A stretch of DNA of 32,063 bases from Opitutales bacterium. GTDB lineage: Bacteria > Verrucomicrobiota > Verrucomicrobiia > Opitutales > UBA953. Under the pieces are notes generated by a model, which saw only the letters and a list, made by a program, of their open reading frames with translations, did no database searches and was not told where the DNA came from. How positions within the stretch are numbered: the first letter of the stretch is position 1; the number at the start of each line of letters is the position of its first letter. The stretch covers positions 50,701-82,763 of the forward strand of contig JBBAUX010000008.1 in the NCBI GenBank assembly GCA_040398005.1. Direction: 5' to 3'. Positions 10,619 through 21,585 of this stretch are shown one piece after another. The position numbers and the translations under genes were made by a program.

Positions 10619-13300
10619 ATGTCTACGGACCTCGAGACCTCGTTGCTGCAACTACGTCGTTCTGCCTTACAGAACACACTAGTCGGGGCTACGTTATTGG
10701 AAGGTGAAGTAGTGCCCAGAATTAAAACCTTTTTAAGCGAAGTCCGTGATATTCAACTACAAGCACACCGTGTTGGGGTCGAAGGTAGCTTAGTGGCGAA
10801 GATTCGATCAGATGCCCTCGATATTGTTTTAGAAGCCTTGTATCTTCGTGTCGGTAAAGATGCCGAAGCAATTACACTCGTTGCTACGGGTGGATATGGG
10901 CGAGCCGAATTGTGTCCGTTGAGTGACATCGACCTGCTGGTCTTAGTGCCATCGCATAGTGCGACGACCAAAGCAGCGGTAGAAAAAATCCTCTATCCAC
11001 TCTGGGACGTAGGCTTAAAAGTCGGCCAATCGGTGCGCACAGTTTCGGAAGCCACCACCTACGCTCAAGACGATTTACATTTGCAAGTAGCGTTGCTCGA
11101 GGCGCGCTATTTATGTGGTGCGACCGAGCCCTATAACCAAATTACCACCAAGCTCTCAAAAGCTTTAAGTGGAGATAAATGGACCGGGTTAGCACAGGCG
11201 ATTGTCGATGCCCAAAGAAAGCGTCGGGAAAAAGCAGGAGGGAGTGCTTACTTACAGGAGCCTGACTTGAAGAACGGGGTAGGGGCACTGCGTGACGTGC
11301 AGAGCTGTATTTGGTTAGCTCGATTAAAATCAGGCTCCACCACGAGTGTTGCATTATCCACTTCGGGACTTTTGCCTGCGGGTGATTTTAATAAATTCCA
11401 AGAAGCCCGCTCTACGCTTTTACGTATTCGCTGCGAACTACATTTTCAACTTACCCGACCCGCTGAACAGTTATCGCTGGAAAGACAAAATCTAGTCGCT
11501 GAAGGACTCGGCTTCACGGGAGATATAAAAGAACGGATTGGCACACTCATGCGACTGTATTTTGACGCTGCTGACCACATACGTCGTTGCGTTGAACTGG
11601 TGGAAGGTATCGTACTGAATGAACCCGAACCTAAAGGTTTCGGAAAACCGATTTTGGTAGACGGATTCAGTATCATCCGTGGAGGAGTTGCTTCGGCCCA
11701 ACACCGCTTAGTCTTTGATGAAGATCCGGGCCGTCTCGTACGACTCTTTCGATTATGCCAAATGCATGATGCACAGCCTGAACGCGCGCTTTCGATTTTA
11801 GTACGCGAACGTGCGCACCTATTAAATGAGGCGCAGGCATTTTCGGAGTCATCATGTAGTGCACTGCGCGCCATGCTCACCGAGGGCGGACGGGTTTATA
11901 AAGCAATCAACGCGTTACGTGAGCACGGTTTGCTTTATCGATTAGTCCCTGAATTTGGTGGGCTACATTGTTTAGTACAGTTTGAGTTTTACCACCGTTG
12001 GACGGCCGATGTGCATACTTTGCGTTGTCTTTGGGAGTTGGATGAAATTTACGGTGGGAAGACCGAGGTTGAACGCGGCTATCGTGAAATTTTATTCGGT
12101 CTCGAATCACCGTCGTTAGTTTATGCCATTTTATTTTTACACGATATTGCCAAATCCGGTGGCATTGCGGGCCATGCGGAACGAGGTGTGCCTATTGCGG
12201 ATCATGTTTTAGACCGTTTAGGTTTCGACTCACGTGAACGGGAAATTGCGAAGGTGGTGATACTGCAACATTTGGTCATGGGTTTATATTCGCAGCGACA
12301 TGATATTGATGAACCCAAGAACATTGAACGATTTGCGAACTTACTTGGAGACGAACAAATTTTAAGAGCGTTGTATGTGCATACCCGCTGTGACGCCCGC
12401 GGTACCTCGCCTGATTTATGGACCAATTTTAAGGACCGTCAGCACTGGACGCTTTATCGTCGAACCTCGGATAAAATTGCGGGTACGGCGGAAAATCAAA
12501 GTCAGGAAAGTATTCAAATTTTACGCACGGCCACGGATAGCGTACTCGGAGCTTCAATTCCGTTCGATGAAGTGGACGCACATTTCACCCAAATGCCTGG
12601 CAGTTACTTCCGTCACGTCATTGCGGAAGATGCCGCGACGCATATTCAACTCGTGCACCATTTGATTTCTGCAGTCTCGACAGAGGATTATGAAATATTA
12701 TTGAAACCAATTGTTGAGTGGGTCGATGAACAAGGCTCATCGCAATCATTGGTTACGGTAGTGACATGGGATCGGGCTGGTCTGTTTAGTCGAATGGCTG
12801 GAGCTTTTGCGGTAGCGGGTATCAACATTATTTCTTGTCGGGCTTTCTCCCGAAATGACGATGTCGCCTTAGACTTTTTCAAAGTCGTACTCCCCGTGGG
12901 CAAAGAACAACTTTCCAAAGATAAATTTACGGCGGCGTTGGCTAGTTCACTCGTTGAGTCCGCTGACTTATTAGACGCCGTGGCGGCGGCTGAACAGTAC
13001 GAGCTGGAAACTGCGCCATATCGCAAGGCGACTGTACCGGTCGATGTACAAGTTGAGGTCTATTTCGAAAAAGCGCTCAATCGCACCGTGGTTGAGGTTC
13101 AGTGTAATGACCGGATTGGTTTATTATTTAGAATCGGACGAGTTATTCAAGAAGCGGGTTACACGATTACCTTTGCCAACATCGCTACGGAACAGGGCTT
13201 TGCCTTAGATACATTCTATCTGATTCCCGAAAAAGGAAGAAACCTGCCTTCGCACCCCCCGGAGGCTGTTTTAGAGGCACTGCGTACGATATTGTCTTAG
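10619..13300 (+). CDS. glnD: [protein-PII] uridylyltransferase/uridylyl-removing enzyme
   Basis: GGYGRAEL.P.SDIDLL nucleotidyltransferase motif, EPDLKNG.G.LRD, HD domain (HDIAK), and two ACT domains (DRAGLF, DRIGLL). Confidence 0.95.
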   Translation: MSTDLETSLLQLRRSALQNTLVGATLLEGEVVPRIKTFLSEVRDIQLQAHRVGVEGSLVAKIRSDALDIVLEALYLRVGKDAEAITLVATGGYGRAELCPLSDIDLLVLVPSHSATTKAAVEKILYPLWDVGLKVGQSVRTVSEATTYAQDDLHLQVALLEARYLCGATEPYNQITTKLSKALSGDKWTGLAQAIVDAQRKRREKAGGSAYLQEPDLKNGVGALRDVQSCIWLARLKSGSTTSVALSTSGLLPAGDFNKFQEARSTLLRIRCELHFQLTRPAEQLSLERQNLVAEGLGFTGDIKERIGTLMRLYFDAADHIRRCVELVEGIVLNEPEPKGFGKPILVDGFSIIRGGVASAQHRLVFDEDPGRLVRLFRLCQMHDAQPERALSILVRERAHLLNEAQAFSESSCSALRAMLTEGGRVYKAINALREHGLLYRLVPEFGGLHCLVQFEFYHRWTADVHTLRCLWELDEIYGGKTEVERGYREILFGLESPSLVYAILFLHDIAKSGGIAGHAERGVPIADHVLDRLGFDSREREIAKVVILQHLVMGLYSQRHDIDEPKNIERFANLLGDEQILRALYVHTRCDARGTSPDLWTNFKDRQHWTLYRRTSDKIAGTAENQSQESIQILRTATDSVLGASIPFDEVDAHFTQMPGSYFRHVIAEDAATHIQLVHHLISAVSTEDYEILLKPIVEWVDEQGSSQSLVTVVTWDRAGLFSRMAGAFAVAGINIISCRAFSRNDDVALDFFKVVLPVGKEQLSKDKFTAALASSLVESADLLDAVAAAEQYELETAPYRKATVPVDVQVEVYFEKALNRTVVEVQCNDRIGLLFRIGRVIQEAGYTITFANIATEQGFALDTFYLIPEKGRNLPSHPPEAVLEALRTILS

Positions 13301-13346
13301 TTTATCTCCGTCTTGTCGGATTCATATTTTTAATTAGGGTTAAAGG

Positions 13347-13934
13347 ATGAGCAAAAAACTCCACCTGTCTCTTTGTCTGCTTGTTTTAGCTCTCAAAAAT
13401 CTAAACATACTCGCTGCACCTACTCCCACGACGACCATGCCACAAACTCCACTATTAGAAAAAGCCACTTTCGGTGCCGGTTGTTTTTGGGGAGTGGAAT
13501 ATAATTTCCGACGCGTCCCTGGCGTGGTCGAAGCTTTCAGCGGCTATTCTGGCGGAAAGTCTGCCAATCCCACCTACCGCCAGATCTGCAATGGAGATAC
13601 GTATCACGCCGAAGTCGTGGAGGTTACTTTTGATCCAAAAAAGGTTTCCTACGTGAAGTTGGTTGAATTCTTTTTCAAAATGCATGATCCCACGCAGTTG
13701 AATCGACAAGGCCCAGATTATGGAACCCAATATCGTTCAGTGATTTTTGTACATTCGGAAGAACAGCGCAAAGTGGCTCAGGAAGTCATTAAGAAACTTA
13801 TTGCTGAGAAAAAATACGCTCAGCCGATTGTTACTGTCGTCGAAGACGCTAAGCCATTTTGGAAAGCCGAAGAGTATCACCAGAAATATTTCGAGAAAAA
13901 TGGGGGTCCGACCTGTCATACGACCGATATTTAA
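13347..13934 (+). CDS. msrA: peptide-methionine (S)-S-oxide reductase, possibly with signal peptide
   Basis: GCFWG, HDPTQLNRQGPD.GTQYRS and AEEYHQKY motifs. An alternative start is the ATG at 13437. Confidence 0.96.
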   Translation: MSKKLHLSLCLLVLALKNLNILAAPTPTTTMPQTPLLEKATFGAGCFWGVEYNFRRVPGVVEAFSGYSGGKSANPTYRQICNGDTYHAEVVEVTFDPKKVSYVKLVEFFFKMHDPTQLNRQGPDYGTQYRSVIFVHSEEQRKVAQEVIKKLIAEKKYAQPIVTVVEDAKPFWKAEEYHQKYFEKNGGPTCHTTDI

Positions 13935-13936
13935 TC

Positions 13937-15289
13937 GTGGCTAAAAACTCATCAGCAGACGAAAAATTGCCTGGTTGGGTGGCGGATGATGAGGCCTATC
14001 CAAAACGTCGCCCCCTGGCGGCACGGATGCGTCCACAAGCATTGGATGAAGTGGTTGGGCACAAAGACTTGCTGGGTGAGAACGCCTTATTACCGCGCTT
14101 AATTAAATCTGACCAATTCGGCTCACTCATTTTTTATGGTCCTCCTGGATGTGGAAAAACCTCATTAGCCGAGGTCATCGCCCTGGAAACCAAATCAATC
14201 GTGGTGCGAGTGAATGCCGTACTTTCGGGAACGCCTGAGTTGCGCGAAATTTTAAACGAAGCTCGGAAAAATCAAGCCGGTCGCACCCTAGTGATTATCG
14301 ACGAGCTGCATCGCTTTAACAAAATTCAACAAGACTTACTCTTACCCGATGTTGAAGCGGGGGTGATACGTCTGATTGGATGTACCACCCATAACCCCGG
14401 ATTATATGTCATCCCAGCGTTATTGAGTCGCAGTCATTTATTCCGTTTAGACTCTCTTAACATTGAAGACATCGTTGGCTTCCTTGAGCATACGATGCGT
14501 GATACGTCAAAAGGCCTAGCTGCTTTAAATATAAAAGTATCGGTAGATATTTTAAATAAAATTGCAGGCATGTCGTCGGGTGATTTACGTCGGGCTCTTA
14601 ATATTTTAGAAACTTTGGTCTTAGCCGCTCCTGCGTTGGGTTCGGTGACCGAGGAATCTTTAAACCATTTCGCTAAAGAGCGTCGCATTCGTTATGATGA
14701 TGGTGGAGATGATCACTACGATACGGCTTCCGCCTTTATAAAATCCGTACGTGGTGGAGATCCCGATGCGGCACTGTACTGGTTGGCTCTGATGTTGGAG
14801 GGTGGGGAAGAGCCCCGTTTTATTGCCCGTCGATTGGTTATTCTGGCTTCCGAGGATATTGGCTTGGCGGACTCGCGTGCCCTCGGTGTGGCCGTGGCGG
14901 CCTTTCAGGCCTGTGAGATGATTGGTCAGCCCGAGTGCGAGTATCCCCTGGCTCACGCTACATTATTTTTAGCGCTTTCTCCGAAGAGTAATAGTGCAAC
15001 GAAAGCGATGGCGGCGGCGAAGGAGGCGGTGCGTACACAAGTTAGGCAGGAAGTTCCTCCGCATCTAAAAGATTCACACACTAGCTCTGCAAAACGTCTC
15101 GGGCATGGTTCAGAATATTTATACAGTCATGATTTCCCAGAGGCGATTAGCGGGCAGGACTATTTAAAAAATCCGTTGAACTTGTATGAGCCCACCCAGA
15201 CGGGTGCCGAGGTCGCGATTGCCGAAAGATTAAATCAGTGGCGCCATTTAAAAGAATCGTTACGTAGGAAAAATAAAAAATATGGGTAA
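13937..15289 (+). CDS. rarA: replication-associated recombination protein A (MgsA/RarA AAA+ ATPase)
   Basis: PLAARMRP, GPPGCGKTS, DELHRFNK, SAFIKSVRG.DPDAALYWL and ASEDIG motifs. GTG at 13937 follows the msrA stop. Confidence 0.95.
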   Translation: MAKNSSADEKLPGWVADDEAYPKRRPLAARMRPQALDEVVGHKDLLGENALLPRLIKSDQFGSLIFYGPPGCGKTSLAEVIALETKSIVVRVNAVLSGTPELREILNEARKNQAGRTLVIIDELHRFNKIQQDLLLPDVEAGVIRLIGCTTHNPGLYVIPALLSRSHLFRLDSLNIEDIVGFLEHTMRDTSKGLAALNIKVSVDILNKIAGMSSGDLRRALNILETLVLAAPALGSVTEESLNHFAKERRIRYDDGGDDHYDTASAFIKSVRGGDPDAALYWLALMLEGGEEPRFIARRLVILASEDIGLADSRALGVAVAAFQACEMIGQPECEYPLAHATLFLALSPKSNSATKAMAAAKEAVRTQVRQEVPPHLKDSHTSSAKRLGHGSEYLYSHDFPEAISGQDYLKNPLNLYEPTQTGAEVAIAERLNQWRHLKESLRRKNKKYG

Positions 15290-16298
15290 AGTCGCTCCAC
15301 GACTACCCTGGTTCGGAGAAGGAAAGTTTCCTCTCTATTTAGCACCGATGGCGAGACACACCGACGTGGCCTTTCGTCAGTTATGCAAAGAACAGGGTGC
15401 CGACGTGATGGTCACTGAATTTGTGCAGTCGGAGGCATTAATTCGTGATAATGTGAAGGCATGGGAGATGGTGGATTTCACGAACACGCAACGACCCATG
15501 GGCGTGCAAATTTTTGGAGCCACGCCTAAGTCGATGGCTCAGGCCGCACGGATGGTTTGCGATCGGATGAAGCCCGATTTCTTGGATCTCAACTTTGGTT
15601 GTCCCGCCCACAAAGTCATTGAGCAAAATGCTGGTTCAGGCCTGCTGCGTTGTACGCCGCTGTTATATGATTTGGTAAAGGCGGTTAAGGATGCGATTCC
15701 TGATGTACCCCTCACGGCGAAAATGCGTTTAGGTTGGGATCAAACGACGATTGTGGCGGTGGAAGTTGCGGAACGATTGGAGCAATTAGGCGTTGAGGCG
15801 ATTGCGGTCCACGGACGAACCAAAGCTCAAGGGTATTCTGGTGAGGCCCATTGGGGTTGGATTGCCGAAGTGGCGAAGTCGGTAAATATTCCTGTGATAG
15901 GGAATGGTGATGTGAAAGATTGGCCGACCGCACACAAGCGCATGATCGAGTCTGGAGTGTCGGGCCTCATGATCGGTCGCGCTGCGTTAGCTAACCCTTG
16001 GATATTTTCTCTGATAAAATCGAAGATGCGTGGTGAGGTCGGTGATTTTCCTATCGTTTCGCCCAAGCAACGATGGGATGTGATTATCAGACTCTCGGAA
16101 CTTACCCTAGAAGATCATGCGTCGGTGCTGGGAGAGAGAGATATTCGTTGGATGCTCGGTCGCCTGCATCCTCTGACGCATGGCTTGCCCAGTTCGCGTA
16201 AAGTTCGGGAAGGTTTGGGGCACTGCCGGACGCTTGATGACCTTCGTCGACTTCGCGAAGACCACCAACGCGAGCACGCCGAATCATATTTAGCTTAA
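15282..16298 (+). CDS. dusB: tRNA-dihydrouridine synthase (DusB-like)
   Basis: LAPMA, LNFGCP, KMRLGW, VHGRT, GNGDV and MIGR motifs. Overlaps the rarA 3' end by 8 nt. Confidence 0.9.
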   Translation: MGKVAPRLPWFGEGKFPLYLAPMARHTDVAFRQLCKEQGADVMVTEFVQSEALIRDNVKAWEMVDFTNTQRPMGVQIFGATPKSMAQAARMVCDRMKPDFLDLNFGCPAHKVIEQNAGSGLLRCTPLLYDLVKAVKDAIPDVPLTAKMRLGWDQTTIVAVEVAERLEQLGVEAIAVHGRTKAQGYSGEAHWGWIAEVAKSVNIPVIGNGDVKDWPTAHKRMIESGVSGLMIGRAALANPWIFSLIKSKMRGEVGDFPIVSPKQRWDVIIRLSELTLEDHASVLGERDIRWMLGRLHPLTHGLPSSRKVREGLGHCRTLDDLRRLREDHQREHAESYLA

Positions 16299-16674
16299 TT
16301 TTATTGGCTGATGTTCACGAAAAATTTTGTGCAACAAAAAGCCTAAAAAAGTTATGCAGAGGGTGGGTGTTAATAACCTGTGCAGGGGTTGAACTTGTGA
16401 CTACTAAATTTTTATAAGACAAGTCACTCGTTCGTAACCTCGTTGTTGCAGATTCTGCCTGCAGAAAACCACGATCATCCCCCAATCCGTCACTTTAATC
16501 ATTCAACCCCTTCAAAGCCAATCACTTAGCCCGTATCTCAATAATTACTGAATCTCTTAAATGTACAAAAATATCACTCTTTTGACTAATTTTTCACAAA
16601 ATAAATCTCCAAATAAACCAATTTCAGGCTTTCAAAACCCCTGTGAATAACCTTTGTCAACCATCCCCCCTTTC
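16299..16674. promoter_or_regulatory. dnaA upstream region with DnaA boxes; candidate oriC or dnaA autoregulatory region
   Basis: Largest intergenic gap in the window, AT-rich. Matches to TTWTNCACA: TTTTTCACA 16590-16598 and TGTGAATAA 16642-16650. One-mismatch boxes: TTATGCAGA 16352-16360 and TGTTAATAA 16368-16376. Confidence 0.6.
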
Positions 16675-18039
16675 ATGAGCAGCCACGTTAGCCATCTTTC
16701 CCTTTGGGAAACAGTCAAAAACGAACTTAGAACACTGTTTTCAGCAGCGGACTACGATACTTGGATCGGTTCATTAAACTCTGTCTCCATTAAAGACGAC
16801 ACCACATTAGTTTTAGAAGCTCCTACTGTTTTAACTGAAGCTTGGGTTAACAGTAACTACTCCGACGTCATTCGTCGTCAGCTCACACTCGTGGCCGGCC
16901 GCAATATGGATTTCCAATTATCTGCGTCGGCTTCGTCCCAATCTAAAGAAAAGTTTACTGAGGTAGCACCTCTCCGTCAGAGCAATCGTCAAAGCGCCAA
17001 CTCAGCTGCGCCAGCAATCAAATCGACCAACACGTTCGCCAACTTCATTGTCGGTCACGAAAACGAAATGGCCCATGGTGCAGCCTTAGCCGTTTCGAAA
17101 GAGCCAGGCTCGAATTACAACCCACTTTTCATTTACGGACAAACTGGACTTGGAAAAACCCACTTGATGCACGCCATCGCCCACTCGGTTTATGAAAACA
17201 ACCCACGTGCGAAAATCGCTTACATCTCCTCTGAGACCTTTACGAACGAGTTCATTCAAGCCTTACAGACTAACACGATCTCGAATTTCCGCCGCCGTTA
17301 CCGCGAGCTCGATGTTCTTTTGATTGATGATATCCACTTCTTGGCTGGTAAGGACACAACCCAAGAGGAGTTTTTCCACACTTTTAACGAGCTCCACAAT
17401 AATCATAAACAAGTAGTTTTAACGAGCGATCGTCCAGCTTCGGAAATCGCTAAACTTTCTGAACGTCTCGTTTCACGCTTCCAATGGGGCATGGTGGCAT
17501 CCATCCAAGCTCCTGGTCTCGAAACCCGTACCGCTATCCTTAGCAAAAAAGCAGCAGCTCGTGGTTTAGTGCTCTCACCAGAAATTGCTGAGTTCGTTGC
17601 TTCCCGCATTGCTCGCAATGTTCGTAATCTGGAAGGTGCCGTCACACGTATCTTTGGTTTAACTGGAATGACTCGTAAGCCCATCGAACTCGCCCAAGTC
17701 GAAAAACTTTTACACGACATTTTAGTTGAAGAATCCAGCCACACTTTGACTGCGGAAATGATTCAGCGAAAAGTTGCTGAACACTACCGTATTCAGTTAT
17801 CGGACATGACTTCGAAGCGTCGCATGCAGAATATTGCATTCCCACGTCAGGTTGCCATGTATCTTTCGACCCAGCTGACGAACATGTCACTTGTTTCGAT
17901 TGGCCAAGTTTTTGGTGGTCGCGATCACGGTACCGTCATCCACGCCCGTAAGACCGTCGTAAATCAGATGGAAGTGGACGCCAATGTGCGTCGCACCGTC
18001 GAATATTTACGCGCTCAATTGGCGACTAATCAGGTCTAA
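16675..18039 (+). CDS. dnaA: chromosomal replication initiator protein DnaA
   Basis: YNPLFIYGQTGLGKTHL, LLIDDI, QEEFFHTFN, RLVSRF.WG, NVRNLEGA, RQVAMYL and FGGRDHGTVIHA motifs. ATG at 16675 preferred over TTG at 16654. Confidence 0.98.
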   Translation: MSSHVSHLSLWETVKNELRTLFSAADYDTWIGSLNSVSIKDDTTLVLEAPTVLTEAWVNSNYSDVIRRQLTLVAGRNMDFQLSASASSQSKEKFTEVAPLRQSNRQSANSAAPAIKSTNTFANFIVGHENEMAHGAALAVSKEPGSNYNPLFIYGQTGLGKTHLMHAIAHSVYENNPRAKIAYISSETFTNEFIQALQTNTISNFRRRYRELDVLLIDDIHFLAGKDTTQEEFFHTFNELHNNHKQVVLTSDRPASEIAKLSERLVSRFQWGMVASIQAPGLETRTAILSKKAAARGLVLSPEIAEFVASRIARNVRNLEGAVTRIFGLTGMTRKPIELAQVEKLLHDILVEESSHTLTAEMIQRKVAEHYRIQLSDMTSKRRMQNIAFPRQVAMYLSTQLTNMSLVSIGQVFGGRDHGTVIHARKTVVNQMEVDANVRRTVEYLRAQLATNQV

Positions 18040-18137
18040 TCGGCCGAAGTCTAGAAGAGCAGGAGATTTGCGATTCACTTTCGCAATGTCTTGCCAGTTC
18101 AATGAATCCGTCTTTACTGGGGGAGTTCTTTGTATTT

Positions 18138-18227
18138 CTTTCCCAGGGGAGTCTGTTGCAGACTGAGATTAGGCTTTAGGCCTTAAACCCTTGTACCTGA
18201 TGCGCCCAGTGCGCCGTAGGAAGTGGA
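18138..18227 (+). ncRNA. TPP (THI-box) riboswitch aptamer
   Basis: GGGG...P3 (AGTCTG-TTG-CAGACT)...CTGAGA...P3a...ACCC...ACCTGAT...CGTAGGAA, located directly upstream of thiC. Confidence 0.9.
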
Positions 18228-18271
18228 TTATTAAACCTCTTTTTATCGGCTACTGGTATCTGAATTTTTAA

Positions 18272-20167
<1,896 letters not shown>

Positions 20168-20171
20168 GCGG

Positions 20172-20978
20172 ATGTCGACCGCTGTCGCGCTTAGTTCGTC
20201 AACCGCTTGGTATGACTCTCCACTGTATTACGATATGGTGTATGAGGATTATACTAAACGGGAGACACGCTTTTTGCATGCGGTCGTTAAACAATACGGA
20301 AAAGATTTTGCGGAGAGTTGGAAGATCTTAGAACCCGCTTGTGGGTCGGGTCGCTTATTAGAGTCACTGGCTCAGCACGGTCACACGGTACATGGCTTCG
20401 ATCGCAATCGCAACCAGGTCGCCTATGCCAAGAAACGTCTCAAGAAGTTTAATTCGAAGACCAAGGTTTGGCAGGATTCACTGCAGGACTTTAAAATAAA
20501 AAAAGCGGGCAGCTACGATTTGACTCACTGTTTCGTTACGACCTTTAAGTATTTATTAAAAGAGAAAGATGCCGTGGCTTCATTACGACTCATGTCGGAT
20601 GCCTTACGTCCGGGTGGCCTCTGTTTAATTGGCTTACATCTGACGAACTATAAGGACAATCCGGCTGACTATGAGAAGTGGATCAATCGTCGCGATGGCG
20701 TTAAGGTGGTGAGCGAAACATGGTCAGAGCCGGCAAAAATCAAGCAGCGCACAGAAGCGATGCGTACCCGCATGACTATTACCGAGAAGAGTAAAACACG
20801 CGTTGAAGAAACCCTTTGGGATTTCCGTACCTACTCGGCCGCAGAACTTAAGTCACTCATCGCAAAAATTAAGACCTTCGAGTTAGTAGCCTGTCATGAC
20901 TTCCATTACAGTATCCGACAGAAGCGTAAATTGAATGACGCCTACACCGATATTATTTTAGTGCTCAGGAGGAAGTAG
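20172..20978 (+). CDS. class I SAM-dependent methyltransferase
   Basis: ILEPACGSGR motif I and LRPGG motif. ATG at 20172 lies 4 nt after the thiC stop. Confidence 0.85.
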   Translation: MSTAVALSSSTAWYDSPLYYDMVYEDYTKRETRFLHAVVKQYGKDFAESWKILEPACGSGRLLESLAQHGHTVHGFDRNRNQVAYAKKRLKKFNSKTKVWQDSLQDFKIKKAGSYDLTHCFVTTFKYLLKEKDAVASLRLMSDALRPGGLCLIGLHLTNYKDNPADYEKWINRRDGVKVVSETWSEPAKIKQRTEAMRTRMTITEKSKTRVEETLWDFRTYSAAELKSLIAKIKTFELVACHDFHYSIRQKRKLNDAYTDIILVLRRK

Positions 20979-20987
20979 ACGGAGCTC

Positions 20988-21500
20988 TTAGCGTGATTTT
21001 ATCCGGTACTGTATCTGGTTATCTGAACTGGTATCCAATTCCACTTTTAGATTAACTAGGGTATACATCGAGCGCAAACACAGTGACGCTTGATCGATGT
21101 CTTTAGCACTAAAAGGAGGTTCGGTTTTTAAATCGAATCCAATAAGACTAGCGTAAGCTTTACTGAATTCTTCTTCACCTAGTTTATTCTGTGTCTGATT
21201 GCTGGATCTTTGAAAATATACTCTGGTGAGTGATGAGTCTAAGCCAAAGGAGTATCGAAGATTCTTAATTCTAATGACGGCGGTGGTATACTGCTTTAAT
21301 TGATCTAGCGATGGTTTAGCACCGGGTGCTCCGATTTTACTTTGTATAATGTGAAACTCGTCCTGCGCTGCTATCCTCTCTTTTTTAATCAGTTCAATCG
21401 TTTGTAATAGAGTAACCGGTTTCGCTTTATCTTGACCGTAGGCTGGTACCAAATGGGGGAAGCACAATAGACAGATTAAACCTAGGGTATAGTTGTACAT
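20988..21500 (-). CDS. hypothetical secreted protein
   Basis: 170-aa ORF filling the gap, with a signal-peptide-like N-terminus (MYNYTLGLICLLCFPHLVPAYG). AT-rich; no recognised family. The ORF track starts it at TTG 21542. Confidence 0.6.
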   Translation of the reverse strand: MYNYTLGLICLLCFPHLVPAYGQDKAKPVTLLQTIELIKKERIAAQDEFHIIQSKIGAPGAKPSLDQLKQYTTAVIRIKNLRYSFGLDSSLTRVYFQRSSNQTQNKLGEEEFSKAYASLIGFDLKTEPPFSAKDIDQASLCLRSMYTLVNLKVELDTSSDNQIQYRIKSR

Positions 21501-21585
21501 AAAACGATTTCTACTCGAATGATATACTCCCGCAAACTCCAATGAAGGAGTTCTGTTACAATTATACTAAAAATTTATAGTAAAA

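Noticed and set aside
16312..16325. LexA box TGTTC-ACGA-AAAAT near the dnaA region
   Set aside because: The right half-site has 3 of 5 mismatches; likely chance.
18117..18146. CTGGGGGAG/CTTTCCCAG stem as an anti-aptamer
   Set aside because: The 5' arm overlaps the putative -10 element and is probably not transcribed. It would matter only for dnaA read-through transcripts.
17984..18166. 60-aa ORF spanning the dnaA end and the riboswitch as a leader peptide
   Set aside because: It starts inside dnaA with GTG, runs through the putative promoter and aptamer, and has no diagnostic composition.
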